The notes: generated by a model not told the origin, from the letters alone. A DNA stretch of 64,000 nt from Vicinamibacterales bacterium (GCA_038918905.1 JBCKZS010000011.1:1062-65061), one strand, 5' to 3'; shown: positions 34,949 to 43,896, counted from the stretch's first letter. Translations and numbers: made by a program.

Positions 34949-34965
34949 AGGACCTCTGAGGTCCT
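34949..34965. other. perfect hairpin AGGACC-tctga-GGTCCT 15 nt upstream of the glycosyltransferase ATG
   Basis: Read directly from the sequence. Confidence 0.5.
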
Positions 34966-34979
34966 GCGTCGGTGAGAGC

Positions 34980-36563
34980 ATGCCGCCACGACAATGGGTT
35001 TCCGGATCGCCTGACGCCGCGCCGCGTCGGGCGTTGGTCGCGACCGGAGTGGGCTTCGCCCTTTCACTGGTGTGCGCGGTGCTGTCTGACGGGGTGTATC
35101 ACGAAGATGACCTCGTGCACCTGCAGATGGCCGAGTGGGCCTTCCGCGACCCACGCTATCTGCTGGACAGTTGGGGTCGACCCGGATTCACGGCGCTCTA
35201 TGCTATTCCGGCGCAGGCGGGTTGGCTCTCGGCGCGCATCTTCACCGCCGTGCTCGCCGCCGCGACCGCGTGGCTCAGTTTTCGCATCGCCCAGGGGTTC
35301 GGACTGCGGCTCGCGTGGATCGTTCCCGCGTTGCTCTGGGCGCAGCCGCTCTACTTCACCCTGACGTACACCACCCTCACGGAAACCACGGCCGCGTTCT
35401 ACCTGACCCTGGCGATGTACGCGTGGCAACGCGGGTCCCTCACGTGCAGCGCCGCGCTGGTGTCGCTGCTGGTCCTCACCCGGCACGAAGCGGTCGTCGT
35501 CGCCGGACTGTGGGGCCTGATGCTGCTGCAGAGACGCGCGCCCTGGTCCGCGTGGCTGGCGCTCGCGTGGGCGCCGGTGGCCCACAACGTGCTGTCGTTT
35601 GTCTTTCTTGGCCGGGTGCCGATCGAGGCGTTTCTGGAACCGAAGCCCGCGGACTTCTATGGGTCGGGCCACTGGTTCACGATGAGCCTTCACGCACACT
35701 GGGCGTATTCGTCAGCCGTCGTCTTTCTGGCCGGCGCAGGTGCGGCCGCGCTGGCGGTGAGACGGAACGCCGGCGCGTGGTGGCTGGCCGCCGGCGGGGT
35801 GTGGATCCTGACCCACACCGTGGTCTTCAAATTCGGGCTGTTTGGCAGCGGCGGATATGCCCGGTTCCTGCTCGTGGTTTCGCCGGTCATCGCGACCGCC
35901 GCCGCGTTCGGGATCGATCGCGCGCTCCGCCTCCATCACATTGCGCGGCATCGCCGGCCGCCTCGCGGCACGATCGCCGGACTGACGCTGGGGCTGGGCG
36001 GCGTCGCGGCCGTCACCGCCATGAGTCTCGCGGCGGCGGCCTCGTCACGCGTGCTGGATTGGCGCTGGCTCGTCGGGCTCGCGGTGCTGTTGGCCGCGTT
36101 GTGGTTCGCGGCAGCCTCCAGCGGGCGCAAACGGTGGGCGTTCTCCTGGGTGCCGCAGGTGTCGTTGGCGCTGTGGGTCGCGCATGTCGTGATTCTGTGG
36201 ACGGTGGCCGCCGGCTGGGGGCAGGCCGGCCCGCTACGGCTCCAGCACGACCAGCACTGCGTGAAAGCGGCGGCGGAGTGGATTACCGCCAGGCAGCCGG
36301 ATGCCCCGGACATCGCGTCGGCATCCCCCTGGGTGGAGGTGTTTGCTGGAGGCTGGCGGCCGTGGGGCGGAAGACCGCTGGCCAGTCGTGTGGCCCAGCT
36401 TGACGCGGGGAGTTTCTACCTGTGGGAATCACGCCACGCGCCGTACAGGGAGGCGGCCCTGCAGCCAGACAGTCTCCTGGCGGACCCCACGATGATCGAG
36501 GTGTTCTCGGTACCGTCCAGTCGCGGGACCGAGCCCTGTGCGCGTGTGTTTCAGAGACGCTGA
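34980..36563 (+). CDS. polytopic membrane protein, GT-C fold glycosyltransferase-like (PMT_2/GT39-like)
   Basis: 527 aa with more than 10 predicted TM helices. The first-loop acidic motif YHEDDLVHL resembles the DE motif of PMT/ArnT-type enzymes. Confidence 0.5.
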   Translation: MPPRQWVSGSPDAAPRRALVATGVGFALSLVCAVLSDGVYHEDDLVHLQMAEWAFRDPRYLLDSWGRPGFTALYAIPAQAGWLSARIFTAVLAAATAWLSFRIAQGFGLRLAWIVPALLWAQPLYFTLTYTTLTETTAAFYLTLAMYAWQRGSLTCSAALVSLLVLTRHEAVVVAGLWGLMLLQRRAPWSAWLALAWAPVAHNVLSFVFLGRVPIEAFLEPKPADFYGSGHWFTMSLHAHWAYSSAVVFLAGAGAAALAVRRNAGAWWLAAGGVWILTHTVVFKFGLFGSGGYARFLLVVSPVIATAAAFGIDRALRLHHIARHRRPPRGTIAGLTLGLGGVAAVTAMSLAAAASSRVLDWRWLVGLAVLLAALWFAAASSGRKRWAFSWVPQVSLALWVAHVVILWTVAAGWGQAGPLRLQHDQHCVKAAAEWITARQPDAPDIASASPWVEVFAGGWRPWGGRPLASRVAQLDAGSFYLWESRHAPYREAALQPDSLLADPTMIEVFSVPSSRGTEPCARVFQRR

Positions 36564-36569
36564 CGTCGC

Positions 36570-38003
36570 TCAGTTCCCGATGCGCGCCCCGGTCGTCGGA
36601 TGGGTCACCGCGTACTCTTTGCCGGTGCCGGTGAAGTAATCGGCCGTGATCTTTCTCACCACGCCCAGCAGCAGGAACAGCCCGACGAGGTTCGGGAAGG
36701 CCATGAACCCGTTGAGCAGCGTGCCGATGGCCCACACAAGCGGGACCGACACCACCGAGCCCACCATGATGAGCAGCGTGAACACGGCGCGGTAGACCTT
36801 CGTGTACGCCGAGCCGAAGATGTACTCGAAGCACTTCTCGCCGTAGTAGCTCCAGCCGATGAGCGTCGTGAACCCGAACAGGAAGGAGCAGATCGCCACG
36901 ATGACCGTTGCGTAGGGGATCGACGTGCTCATCGCGGCCGCCGTGAGATCGCCGCTGGCCTTCTGATAGGCCGGGTCCATCCACATGCCCGACGACAGGA
37001 TGACGAACGCGGTCATGGAGCAGACAATGATCGTGTCAAGGAAGACTTCGAAGACCCCCACCACGCCCTGCTCGGCGGGGTGTTTGACGTTGGCGATGCC
37101 GTGGGCGATGGGCGCGCTGCCCAGGCCGGCTTCGTTCGAGAGCACGCCGCGGCTGACGCCCGCCGCGATGGACTGGGCCACGGTGGACCCGACAAACCCG
37201 CCGACGGCGGCGGTCGGCGAGAAGGCTTCACTGAAGATCAGGCCGAACACGTGCGGCAACTGGCCGGCGTTGATGATGATGAAGGCCACCGAGGCCACCA
37301 CGTAGAGCACGATCATCGAGGGCACGAGCTTTTCGGCGACGTGGGCGATGCGCTTGATGCCGCCGAGCAGCACGAGGCCCACCGCGACCGTGATGAGCAC
37401 GCCAGGCACCCACTGTTCGATCGTGGCGCCCGTGGTGACGCGCACGGCTTCAACGAACGTGCGGGCGACCGTATTGGACTGCGCCATGTTGCCCGTGCCG
37501 AACATCGCGGCCGCGATGCCGAAGAAGGCGAACAGCCACGCCAGCGTCTTGCCCACCGAGCTGCCCCCCAGGCCCCGCGTGATGTAGTACATCGGACCGC
37601 TGGCCAGTTCACCGTTCTCGCGCGTGACGCGGAAGTGGACGCCCAGCACCGCTTCCGAGTATTTGGTGGCCATGCCCACCGTGGCGCAGACCCACATCCA
37701 GAAGATGGCGCCCGGTCCGCCGATCAGGATCGCGGTGGCGACACCGCCGATGTTGCCGTTGCCGACGGTCGCGGCCAGGGCCGTCGACAACGCCTGGAAC
37801 GGCGTGATCGTCTTGGACCCCTTGTCTTCCTTCTTGAACGCGCCCTTCATCACCATCCGCAGCGCGGCGGGGAAGTGACGGATTTGCACGAAGCCCGTCG
37901 CGATCGTGAGCAAGCCGCCCACGATCACCAGGACAAGTGGCATCGCAAACGGCTGCCACACCAGGCTGTCTATCGAAATAATCCACTCAGTCAGTTGCGT
38001 CAT
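36570..38003 (-). CDS. alanine/glycine:cation symporter (AGCS family)
   Basis: TPFQALSTALAATVGNGNIGGVATAI and GPGAIFWMW motifs. Confidence 0.9.
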   Translation of the reverse strand: MTQLTEWIISIDSLVWQPFAMPLVLVIVGGLLTIATGFVQIRHFPAALRMVMKGAFKKEDKGSKTITPFQALSTALAATVGNGNIGGVATAILIGGPGAIFWMWVCATVGMATKYSEAVLGVHFRVTRENGELASGPMYYITRGLGGSSVGKTLAWLFAFFGIAAAMFGTGNMAQSNTVARTFVEAVRVTTGATIEQWVPGVLITVAVGLVLLGGIKRIAHVAEKLVPSMIVLYVVASVAFIIINAGQLPHVFGLIFSEAFSPTAAVGGFVGSTVAQSIAAGVSRGVLSNEAGLGSAPIAHGIANVKHPAEQGVVGVFEVFLDTIIVCSMTAFVILSSGMWMDPAYQKASGDLTAAAMSTSIPYATVIVAICSFLFGFTTLIGWSYYGEKCFEYIFGSAYTKVYRAVFTLLIMVGSVVSVPLVWAIGTLLNGFMAFPNLVGLFLLLGVVRKITADYFTGTGKEYAVTHPTTGARIGN

Positions 38004-38032
38004 CGAGGATCCTCATGAAAAGAGCGCTGGTT

Positions 38033-39397
38033 TCAGCCCAACAGGTCGCGGATGGTGAAGATGATGATCATGCCGATGGCCACGGGGCACACCCATCGGA
38101 TGAGGAAGCTCCAGAAGGCGGCGCCCGGCATCCGGCCGCCGAGGTTGAGTTCTTCAAGGGCTTTGTCGGCGCGCCAGACGTGGCCCACGAAGATGGCCAG
38201 CAGGAAACCGCCGACCGGGAGCGCGAAGTCGTTCCACATGATGGCCATCAGGTCCAGGAAACCCATGCCGAGGCCCGGAAGATTGGAGAAGAACCCCGAG
38301 GCGCCCTGCGAGAGCGCCGAGGGGATCGCCAGCAGGAACGTGATCCCGGTCAGCGTCAGCACGGCCGGCTTCCGCTGCCACCCGTGCGAATCAATGAGGT
38401 GCGCGGTCGGCACCTCGAGCAGGGAAATCGTCGACGTGATGGCTGCCATGCTCAACATGATGAAGAAGGCGGCGCCCACCAGTTGCCCGCCGGGCATCGT
38501 CGCGAAGAGCTGAGGCAGGATGACGAAGATCAGGCCGGGGCCGCTGGTGTTCGGATCGAAACCGGCGAGGCTGAATCCCGCGGGGAAGATGATGAAGCCG
38601 GCCATCAACGCCACCGTCGTGTCCAACAGGACCACCCACATCGCCGCGCGGGCCAGGTTCTCCTTCTTCGACAGGTAACTGCCGTACGTGATCATCGCAC
38701 CCATGCCCAGGCTCAGCGAGAAAAACGCCTGGCCGAGGGCGGCGTTGATGACCGGCATGTGGAAGACCTTGTCGAAGTCCGGCTTCAGGTAGTAGGCCAG
38801 ACCGGCGTCGGCGCCGGGCAACGTCAGCGCGCGCACCATCAGCAGGATCAGCAGGCCGAACAACATCGGCATGAGCGCCTTGGTCATGCGCTCGATGCCC
38901 TGGCGCACGCCGCCCAGCAGCGTGGCGGCCGTAATCGCCAGGACGACAAACGTGAGGCCGATGCTCACGCCAGGCGTGCTGACGAACTGCCCGAAGAACT
39001 CGCCGGTGGCGGCGGAGTTGCCCGTGACCGCACCGGTGGCGGCGAAGTACACGTAGGCGATCGTCCACCCGGCGATGACCGAGTAGAAGGACAGGATGCC
39101 CACGCCGGCGAGCACCCCGAGCGCGCCGGTGAGCCACCAGGCGCTTCCGGGCTTGATCACGCGGAAGGCGCCGACCGGGTCCTTGCGGGAGCGACGCCCG
39201 ACGGCGAACTCGGCAATCATGATGGGCGCGCAGATGAGCGCGACGCAGACCAGGTACACCAGCACAAACGCCGCGCCGCCGCCCTGGCCCACCTTCGTGG
39301 GAAAGCCCCAGATGTTGCCCAGGCCGATGGCCGATCCTGCCGCCGCCAGAATGAATCCGAACCGGGACCCGAAGGCTCCACGATCACTCACTGCCAT
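38033..39397 (-). CDS. sodium-dependent transporter, NSS/SNF family
   Basis: FGFILAAAGSAIGLGNIWGFP signature. The start is taken at MAVSDRG, with an AAGGGAG SD. Confidence 0.9.
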   Translation of the reverse strand: MAVSDRGAFGSRFGFILAAAGSAIGLGNIWGFPTKVGQGGGAAFVLVYLVCVALICAPIMIAEFAVGRRSRKDPVGAFRVIKPGSAWWLTGALGVLAGVGILSFYSVIAGWTIAYVYFAATGAVTGNSAATGEFFGQFVSTPGVSIGLTFVVLAITAATLLGGVRQGIERMTKALMPMLFGLLILLMVRALTLPGADAGLAYYLKPDFDKVFHMPVINAALGQAFFSLSLGMGAMITYGSYLSKKENLARAAMWVVLLDTTVALMAGFIIFPAGFSLAGFDPNTSGPGLIFVILPQLFATMPGGQLVGAAFFIMLSMAAITSTISLLEVPTAHLIDSHGWQRKPAVLTLTGITFLLAIPSALSQGASGFFSNLPGLGMGFLDLMAIMWNDFALPVGGFLLAIFVGHVWRADKALEELNLGGRMPGAAFWSFLIRWVCPVAIGMIIIFTIRDLLG

Positions 39398-39443
39398 TGC
39401 GTTGCTCCCTTGACTGACCGCCAGCCTGTCGAACGGTCTGAGG

Positions 39444-39472
39444 ATGATACGGGGAGAGCGCCCAAGGCTCAA
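39444..39472 (-). promoter_or_regulatory. sigma70-like promoter for the NSS/AGCS transporter pair (TTGAGC-17 nt-TATCAT)
   Basis: The minus strand reads TTGAGCcttgggcgctctccccgTATCAT, about 45 nt upstream of the ATG at 39397. Confidence 0.35.
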
Positions 39473-39486
39473 GGGTCAACTTTTTG

Positions 39487-39598
39487 GAGCACTTGTGCTC
39501 GGGTGCTCCGGTGCTCTGGTGCGCCCGTGCGCCAGAGCACCCGAGCACTGGAGCACGTGAGCACCCGAGCACCCGAGCACTGGAGCACTGGTGCACCT
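39487..39598. repeat. 14 x 8-bp strictly periodic array of G-W-G-C-N-C words with an orientation switch
   Basis: Words start every 8 bp from 39487 to 39591: gagcac, gtgctc x3, gtgcgc x2, gagcac x7, gtgcac. The left and right halves are partly complementary. Confidence 0.95.
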
Positions 39599-39602
39599 AT
39601 AA
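39597..39602 (+). promoter_or_regulatory. consensus TATAAT at the end of the octamer array, upstream of folD
   Basis: cacctataattgc lies 29 nt before the GTG at 39632. No good -35 is present, and the -35 position falls inside the array. Confidence 0.3.
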
Positions 39603-39631
39603 TTGCCCCGGCTGAACAAGGGGGCGACGAC

Positions 39632-40612
39632 GTGGGCGAGGTAATGAACGGCGCGAGGGTGGCGAAGGCGATCCGCGCGGAGGTGGCCCCCCAGGTGGCG
39701 GCCTTCCGCGCCGCGCGCGGGCGGGCCCCGGCGCTGCACATCCTGCTGGTCGGCGAGGACCCCGCCTCACAGATTTATGTGCGGAACAAGGAACGGGCGG
39801 GCACCGAGGCCGGTCTGACCGTGCAGGTGCACCGGCTCCCCGCCGCTGCCGCGCTCGACCGGGTCCTGGACCAGGTGCGGGCGCTCAACGACGATTCCCT
39901 GTGTGACGGCATCCTGGTGCAGGCGCCGCTGCCCGCCGCGATTGGCAAACACGGCACCGAGCAGGTGTTTGACGCCATCGATCCGCGCAAGGACGTGGAC
40001 GGGTTTCATCCCCACAACGTCGGGCTGCTCGTGCAGGGCCGCGCCGCGCTCAAGCCGTGTACGCCGTCCGGCGTGATCGAACTGCTGAATCGAACCGGGC
40101 ACACCATCGCGGGGAAACATGCCGTGGTGATCGGGCGCAGCGAGATCGTCGGCAAGCCGATGGCCCTGCTGCTGTTGCAAGGCGATGCCACGGTCACCAT
40201 CTGCCACTCGAAGACGCCGGATCTGGCGGCCACCTGCGCGCGGGCCGACATCCTGGTGGCGGCCATCGGCCGCGCGGGGTTTGTGACCCCCGACTTCGTC
40301 AAGCCCGGCGCGGTCGTGATTGACGTCGGCATCAACCGGGTGGACGTGCGCGATCGTATGGTGGATCTGTTCGGCGCGGCCCACCCGCGCGTGGCCGAGT
40401 TCGATAAAAAGGGCTCCGCGGTGGTCGGCGACGTGCACCCTGCAGTCGCGGCCGTCGCCGGAGCCATGACCCCCGTCCCCGGCGGCGTCGGCCCGCTCAC
40501 GATCGCCATGCTGCTCAAAAATACGCTGGCCGCGGCGGAATCACGAGAGAGAAGATTGCAGCCTCTCCCAGATGTTCCTCGTCCGCTCCCCGGTCTGCTC
40601 CAGCGTCCCTGA
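39632..40612 (+). CDS. folD: bifunctional methylenetetrahydrofolate dehydrogenase/cyclohydrolase
   Basis: LLVGEDPASQIYVRNK, KDVDGFHP, GRSEIVGKP and PVPGGVGP motifs. The GTG at 39632 has an AAGGGGG SD. An alternative ATG lies at 39644. The upstream 540 aa of the 865-aa ORF are antisense shadow. Confidence 0.9.
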   Translation: MGEVMNGARVAKAIRAEVAPQVAAFRAARGRAPALHILLVGEDPASQIYVRNKERAGTEAGLTVQVHRLPAAAALDRVLDQVRALNDDSLCDGILVQAPLPAAIGKHGTEQVFDAIDPRKDVDGFHPHNVGLLVQGRAALKPCTPSGVIELLNRTGHTIAGKHAVVIGRSEIVGKPMALLLLQGDATVTICHSKTPDLAATCARADILVAAIGRAGFVTPDFVKPGAVVIDVGINRVDVRDRMVDLFGAAHPRVAEFDKKGSAVVGDVHPAVAAVAGAMTPVPGGVGPLTIAMLLKNTLAAAESRERRLQPLPDVPRPLPGLLQRP

Positions 40613-41146
40613 GGTATCGATCACGTAGTCGGCCCGTGTGACCTTGTCGGCCAGCGGCCACTGGGCCGCGATGCGCGCGCGCGCGTCCGCCTCGCTGAGG
40701 CCGCTGCGCGTCATCAGCCGGGCCAATTGTTGCTCCGGGCGGCACGCGGCCACCACAACGACATCGAAGTCGCCGGCGCGGCCGGTTTCAAACAGCAGCG
40801 GAATGTCGGCGACGCCCGCCGGCGCGTCGAGTGTCGCGAACCAGTGCTCGACCGCGGCGTAGACCCGCGGATGAACGATCGCCTCAAGGTCGCGGCGCGC
40901 GGCTGGGTCCGCAAAGACCCGGGCCCCGAGCGCCGCGCGATTGAGATGGCCGGCAGGAAGCAGTACCGACGGGCCGAACCGCGCGATCACCGCGGCGAGC
41001 CCCGGGGTCCCCGGGGCCACGGCGTCGCGGGCCAGGTGATCGGCGTCAATCACCGGCGCGCCGACGCGCGCAAACGCCGCGAGGCACACCGACTTGCCCG
41101 TGGCAATCCCGCCGGTGAGCGCGATGCGACGCGGCCGGCTCGCCAC
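40541..41146 (-). CDS. coaE: dephospho-CoA kinase
   Basis: IALTGGIATGKS P-loop, VIDADHLAR and IVHPRV motifs. The GTG at 41146 lies 1 nt downstream of the lapB stop codon. Confidence 0.85.
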   Translation of the reverse strand: MASRPRRIALTGGIATGKSVCLAAFARVGAPVIDADHLARDAVAPGTPGLAAVIARFGPSVLLPAGHLNRAALGARVFADPAARRDLEAIVHPRVYAAVEHWFATLDAPAGVADIPLLFETGRAGDFDVVVVAACRPEQQLARLMTRSGLSEADARARIAAQWPLADKVTRADYVIDTSGTLEQTGERTRNIWERLQSSLS

Positions 41147-41147
41147 G

Positions 41148-42389
41148 TCACCCCACCGGGCTGGAGGGCATGTCGGACTCGATGTCGCCGGCCGGCGTAA
41201 TCCGCTCCTCGACGAACGAGTTCCACTCGTGACATTGCGGACATTGCCACAGCAGTTCGGAGGTCCGATACCGGCAGCCCGTGCAGACGTGCGGGTCGAG
41301 ATAGAACACCGACTGCCGGGTGATCTCGATGTAACGGGCCACGAGCGGCTGCGGCAGGTCCAGCGTCGACAGCAGTGGCCAGATCGCCTGGTGAATCGCC
41401 AGCGCGTGCGGATTGTGCTCGAGCGCGCCAAACAACATTTCGAGCGCGCGCGCCGGCTGACCCTGCGCCACCAGATGGCGCGCGAGTGCCGCCCGGGCCC
41501 GCCACTCCCGCGGCGCGGCGGCCGTCAGGCGTTCGCAGAGCGCCGTGAAGCGGTCACCGCGGCCCTGGCTGACGTACAGCGCTTCGAGTCGTTCGAGTGG
41601 CAGATACGCGCGGTCGGGCAACACATCGACCGCGGCCTCCCAGATCGCGGCCGCACCGGCGGGATCCCCTTGCTGCCGTCGCACGTCCCCCAGGCTCAGG
41701 TACGCGGGAATGACGCCGCGATCGAGTTCGATCGCCGCCGTGAACCGCCTGGTGGCTTCGGCCAGGTCGCCCTGGCTCAGTGCCTGCGCGCCCAGTTCGT
41801 ACTCGAGGAACGCGAGAATCGTCTGCGATCGCGCCTGGCCGGCCGCGCCGGTGAGCGCCGCCAGCCGCTGGCGCGTGGCATACGCCTCCTGCCATTGGTG
41901 TTGTTCTTCCTGGAGCTTCTCGAGATTGTTCAGCGCCGCCTCGTTCTCGGGATCGAGTTTCAACACCTCGGAGAACGCTTCAGTGGCCCGGTCGACAAAC
42001 CCGCCGCTGCGGTAGTCGAGCCCGAGACACAACAACACGTTGGCGTGTTCCATCGGGTTCAGGCGCGGCCGTTGCAGCAGCGACTGATGTTCCTGAATCG
42101 CCCGGCCGACCTGTCCGCGTTCCCGATACAGATTCCCCAGCACCAGGCGCAGCTCAAGCGCGGCGGGATCGAGCGCCGATGCTTTCTCCAACTGCTCAAT
42201 CGCCAGATCCACCCGGCCGGCGACCAGGTAGTTCAGCCCGACAATAAAATGTGGCGTCTGGCGGACGCGCCGCCGGTCCACCCACTGGCCCTGGATGAGT
42301 TTGTAGCGCTCCCAGGCCTTGCCCCCGGCGATGCCGAGGAGCAGGGCGACGATGATCGCGAGTAAGGCGAGGGTCGGGTCCATGGTCAA
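41148..42389 (-). CDS. lapB: lipopolysaccharide assembly protein LapB (YciM)-like
   Basis: N-terminal TM helix, multiple TPRs and a C-terminal rubredoxin-type CTGC...CPQC motif. Confidence 0.8.
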   Translation of the reverse strand: MTMDPTLALLAIIVALLLGIAGGKAWERYKLIQGQWVDRRRVRQTPHFIVGLNYLVAGRVDLAIEQLEKASALDPAALELRLVLGNLYRERGQVGRAIQEHQSLLQRPRLNPMEHANVLLCLGLDYRSGGFVDRATEAFSEVLKLDPENEAALNNLEKLQEEQHQWQEAYATRQRLAALTGAAGQARSQTILAFLEYELGAQALSQGDLAEATRRFTAAIELDRGVIPAYLSLGDVRRQQGDPAGAAAIWEAAVDVLPDRAYLPLERLEALYVSQGRGDRFTALCERLTAAAPREWRARAALARHLVAQGQPARALEMLFGALEHNPHALAIHQAIWPLLSTLDLPQPLVARYIEITRQSVFYLDPHVCTGCRYRTSELLWQCPQCHEWNSFVEERITPAGDIESDMPSSPVG

Positions 42390-42922
42390 CTGAGATGCGC
42401 CCGCACGAGCGTATCCCAGCAGCCGCGTCCGCGCAGAATCAGTTCGATGAACTCCCGGACCGCGCCACGGCCTCCGGGCGCCTGGGTCACGAAGTGCACG
42501 CGCTGCCGGACTTCTTCCGAGGCGTCCCCGGGCGCCGCCGACAGGCCCACCCGGCGCAGCACGGGCAGGTCCAGCAGGTCGTCGCCCATGTAGGCCATGT
42601 GATCGTCCTTGAGGCTCTGGCTGGTGGCCAGCCGGAGATAGGCCGCGCGTTTGTCCAGTTCTCCCTGGATGACCAGCGTGATCCCGAGTTCGGCCGCGCG
42701 GCGCGTGGTGGCCTCCGACGCCCGGCCGCTCAGCAGCCCGACCTCCAACCCCGCCCTCCGCGCCCAGACGATTGCCGCGCCATCGCGGATAAAAAACGAC
42801 TTCTGTTCGTCGCCGGTGGCGGACACGCCGATCGTGCCGTCAGTCAGCACGCCGTCCACGTCAAAGAGGAGCAGACGCAGGTTGCGCGCGCGCGCTTCGA
42901 GGGCGTCTCTGGTGAGGGCCAT
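42386..42922 (-). CDS. kdsC: 3-deoxy-D-manno-octulosonate 8-phosphate phosphatase
   Basis: LLLFDVDGVLTDG HAD motif and MGDDLLDLP. Confidence 0.85.
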   Translation of the reverse strand: MALTRDALEARARNLRLLLFDVDGVLTDGTIGVSATGDEQKSFFIRDGAAIVWARRAGLEVGLLSGRASEATTRRAAELGITLVIQGELDKRAAYLRLATSQSLKDDHMAYMGDDLLDLPVLRRVGLSAAPGDASEEVRQRVHFVTQAPGGRGAVREFIELILRGRGCWDTLVRAHLS

Positions 42923-43896
42923 CAGATCATCTGGGTGCGCCAGAGGTCGTGCAGGTGCACGACGCCTTCGACGCGACCGTGGTCATCCACGACGACAATC
43001 GACGTGATCTTCCGTTGTTCCATCAGGCGCAGGGCTTCGACCGCCAGCGCCGTTGGGGTGATCGTGACGGGCCTGGTGGTCATGATGTCGCCGGCCGACT
43101 GGTTCAGCAGGGCCGTGCCGTTGACCATGTGCCGGCGCAGGTCGCCGTCCGTGACAAGGCCGAGGAGTTGCCCGTCCGCGTCGACCACACACGTCATCCC
43201 GAGGCGTTTGCTCGAGATTTCGTGAATCACATCCGGCATGGCGGTCCCGGCCTGCACACGCGGCACCGCGTCGCCGGCGTGCATCAGCGACTCGACGCGC
43301 ATCAGCTTCCTGCCGAGGCGTCCGCCGGGGTGCAGCGTGGCGAACTCCTCCGCGCGAAATCCCTTGCGGCGCGAGAGCGCCAGCGCCAGCGCATCGCCCA
43401 GGGCCAGCGCGGCCGTGGTGCTCGCGGTGGGCGCCAGGTTCAGCGGGCACGCTTCCTCGGCCACATGGCAACTGAGCGCGACGTCCGCCGCCTGGGCCAG
43501 GGTCGATCCCGGGTGGCCGGAGATGACGATCAACCGGGCGCCGATGCGCCGAATCGCCTCGACCAGGCGCACGATCTCTTCCGTCTCGCCGCTGTGCGAC
43601 AGCGCCAGCACGACATCCTCGGCGCGGACGGCACCCAAGTCGCCGTGAATCGCCTCGGCTGGATGGAGGAAAAACGCCGAGGTGCCGGTGCTCGACAACG
43701 TTGCGGCGATCTTGTGCGAAATGATCCCCGACTTGCCCATGCCGGTGACAATCACGCGGCCGCGGCAGTCGTGCAGCAGCCCCACGGCGTGCGTGAACGT
43801 CTCGGAGAGCTGGGGGACGAGGCCAAGAATGGCCCGCGCCTCGGTCTCAAGCACCTGGCGCGCGATGTCGAGCGGGTCCTGTCCGTCGGCCGTCAT
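42922..43896 (-). CDS. kdsD: arabinose-5-phosphate isomerase (SIS plus tandem CBS)
   Basis: GRVIVTGMGKSG and ALSHSGETEE motifs, with two CBS domains at the C-terminus. Confidence 0.9.
   Translation of the reverse strand: MTADGQDPLDIARQVLETEARAILGLVPQLSETFTHAVGLLHDCRGRVIVTGMGKSGIISHKIAATLSSTGTSAFFLHPAEAIHGDLGAVRAEDVVLALSHSGETEEIVRLVEAIRRIGARLIVISGHPGSTLAQAADVALSCHVAEEACPLNLAPTASTTAALALGDALALALSRRKGFRAEEFATLHPGGRLGRKLMRVESLMHAGDAVPRVQAGTAMPDVIHEISSKRLGMTCVVDADGQLLGLVTDGDLRRHMVNGTALLNQSAGDIMTTRPVTITPTALAVEALRLMEQRKITSIVVVDDHGRVEGVVHLHDLWRTQMI

Noticed and set aside
34536-34959. The ORFs 34536-34805(+), 34684-34959(+), 34334-34744(-) and 34365-34736(-) might be genes in the 630-bp spacer.
   Set aside because: They overlap one another in different frames. 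They are Arg/Ser/Pro-rich with no motif, no SD and no family resemblance. The region is treated as non-coding.
38004-39486. A glycine riboswitch might lie upstream of the AGCS/NSS transporter genes, and a TPP riboswitch upstream of either thiE-like gene.
   Set aside because: Only 29 nt separate the two transporter genes. The roughly 45-nt leader of the NSS gene shows none of the conserved glycine-aptamer blocks I can recall. Both thiE-like genes abut or overlap the preceding gene. An Infernal scan would be needed to exclude these properly.
39473-39610. The repeat block might be a CRISPR array.
   Set aside because: The units are only 8 bp with 2-nt variable positions. There are no 25-40-bp spacers, no leader and no cas genes in the window.
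38015-39631. The first 540 codons or so of the 865-aa plus-strand ORF, which ends as FolD, might be a giant fusion protein.
   Set aside because: This part is exactly antisense to the well-supported NSS transporter gene. Its translation is R/G/D/H/E-rich low-complexity sequence typical of shadow frames in high-GC DNA. FolD homology begins only at about 39632-39644.
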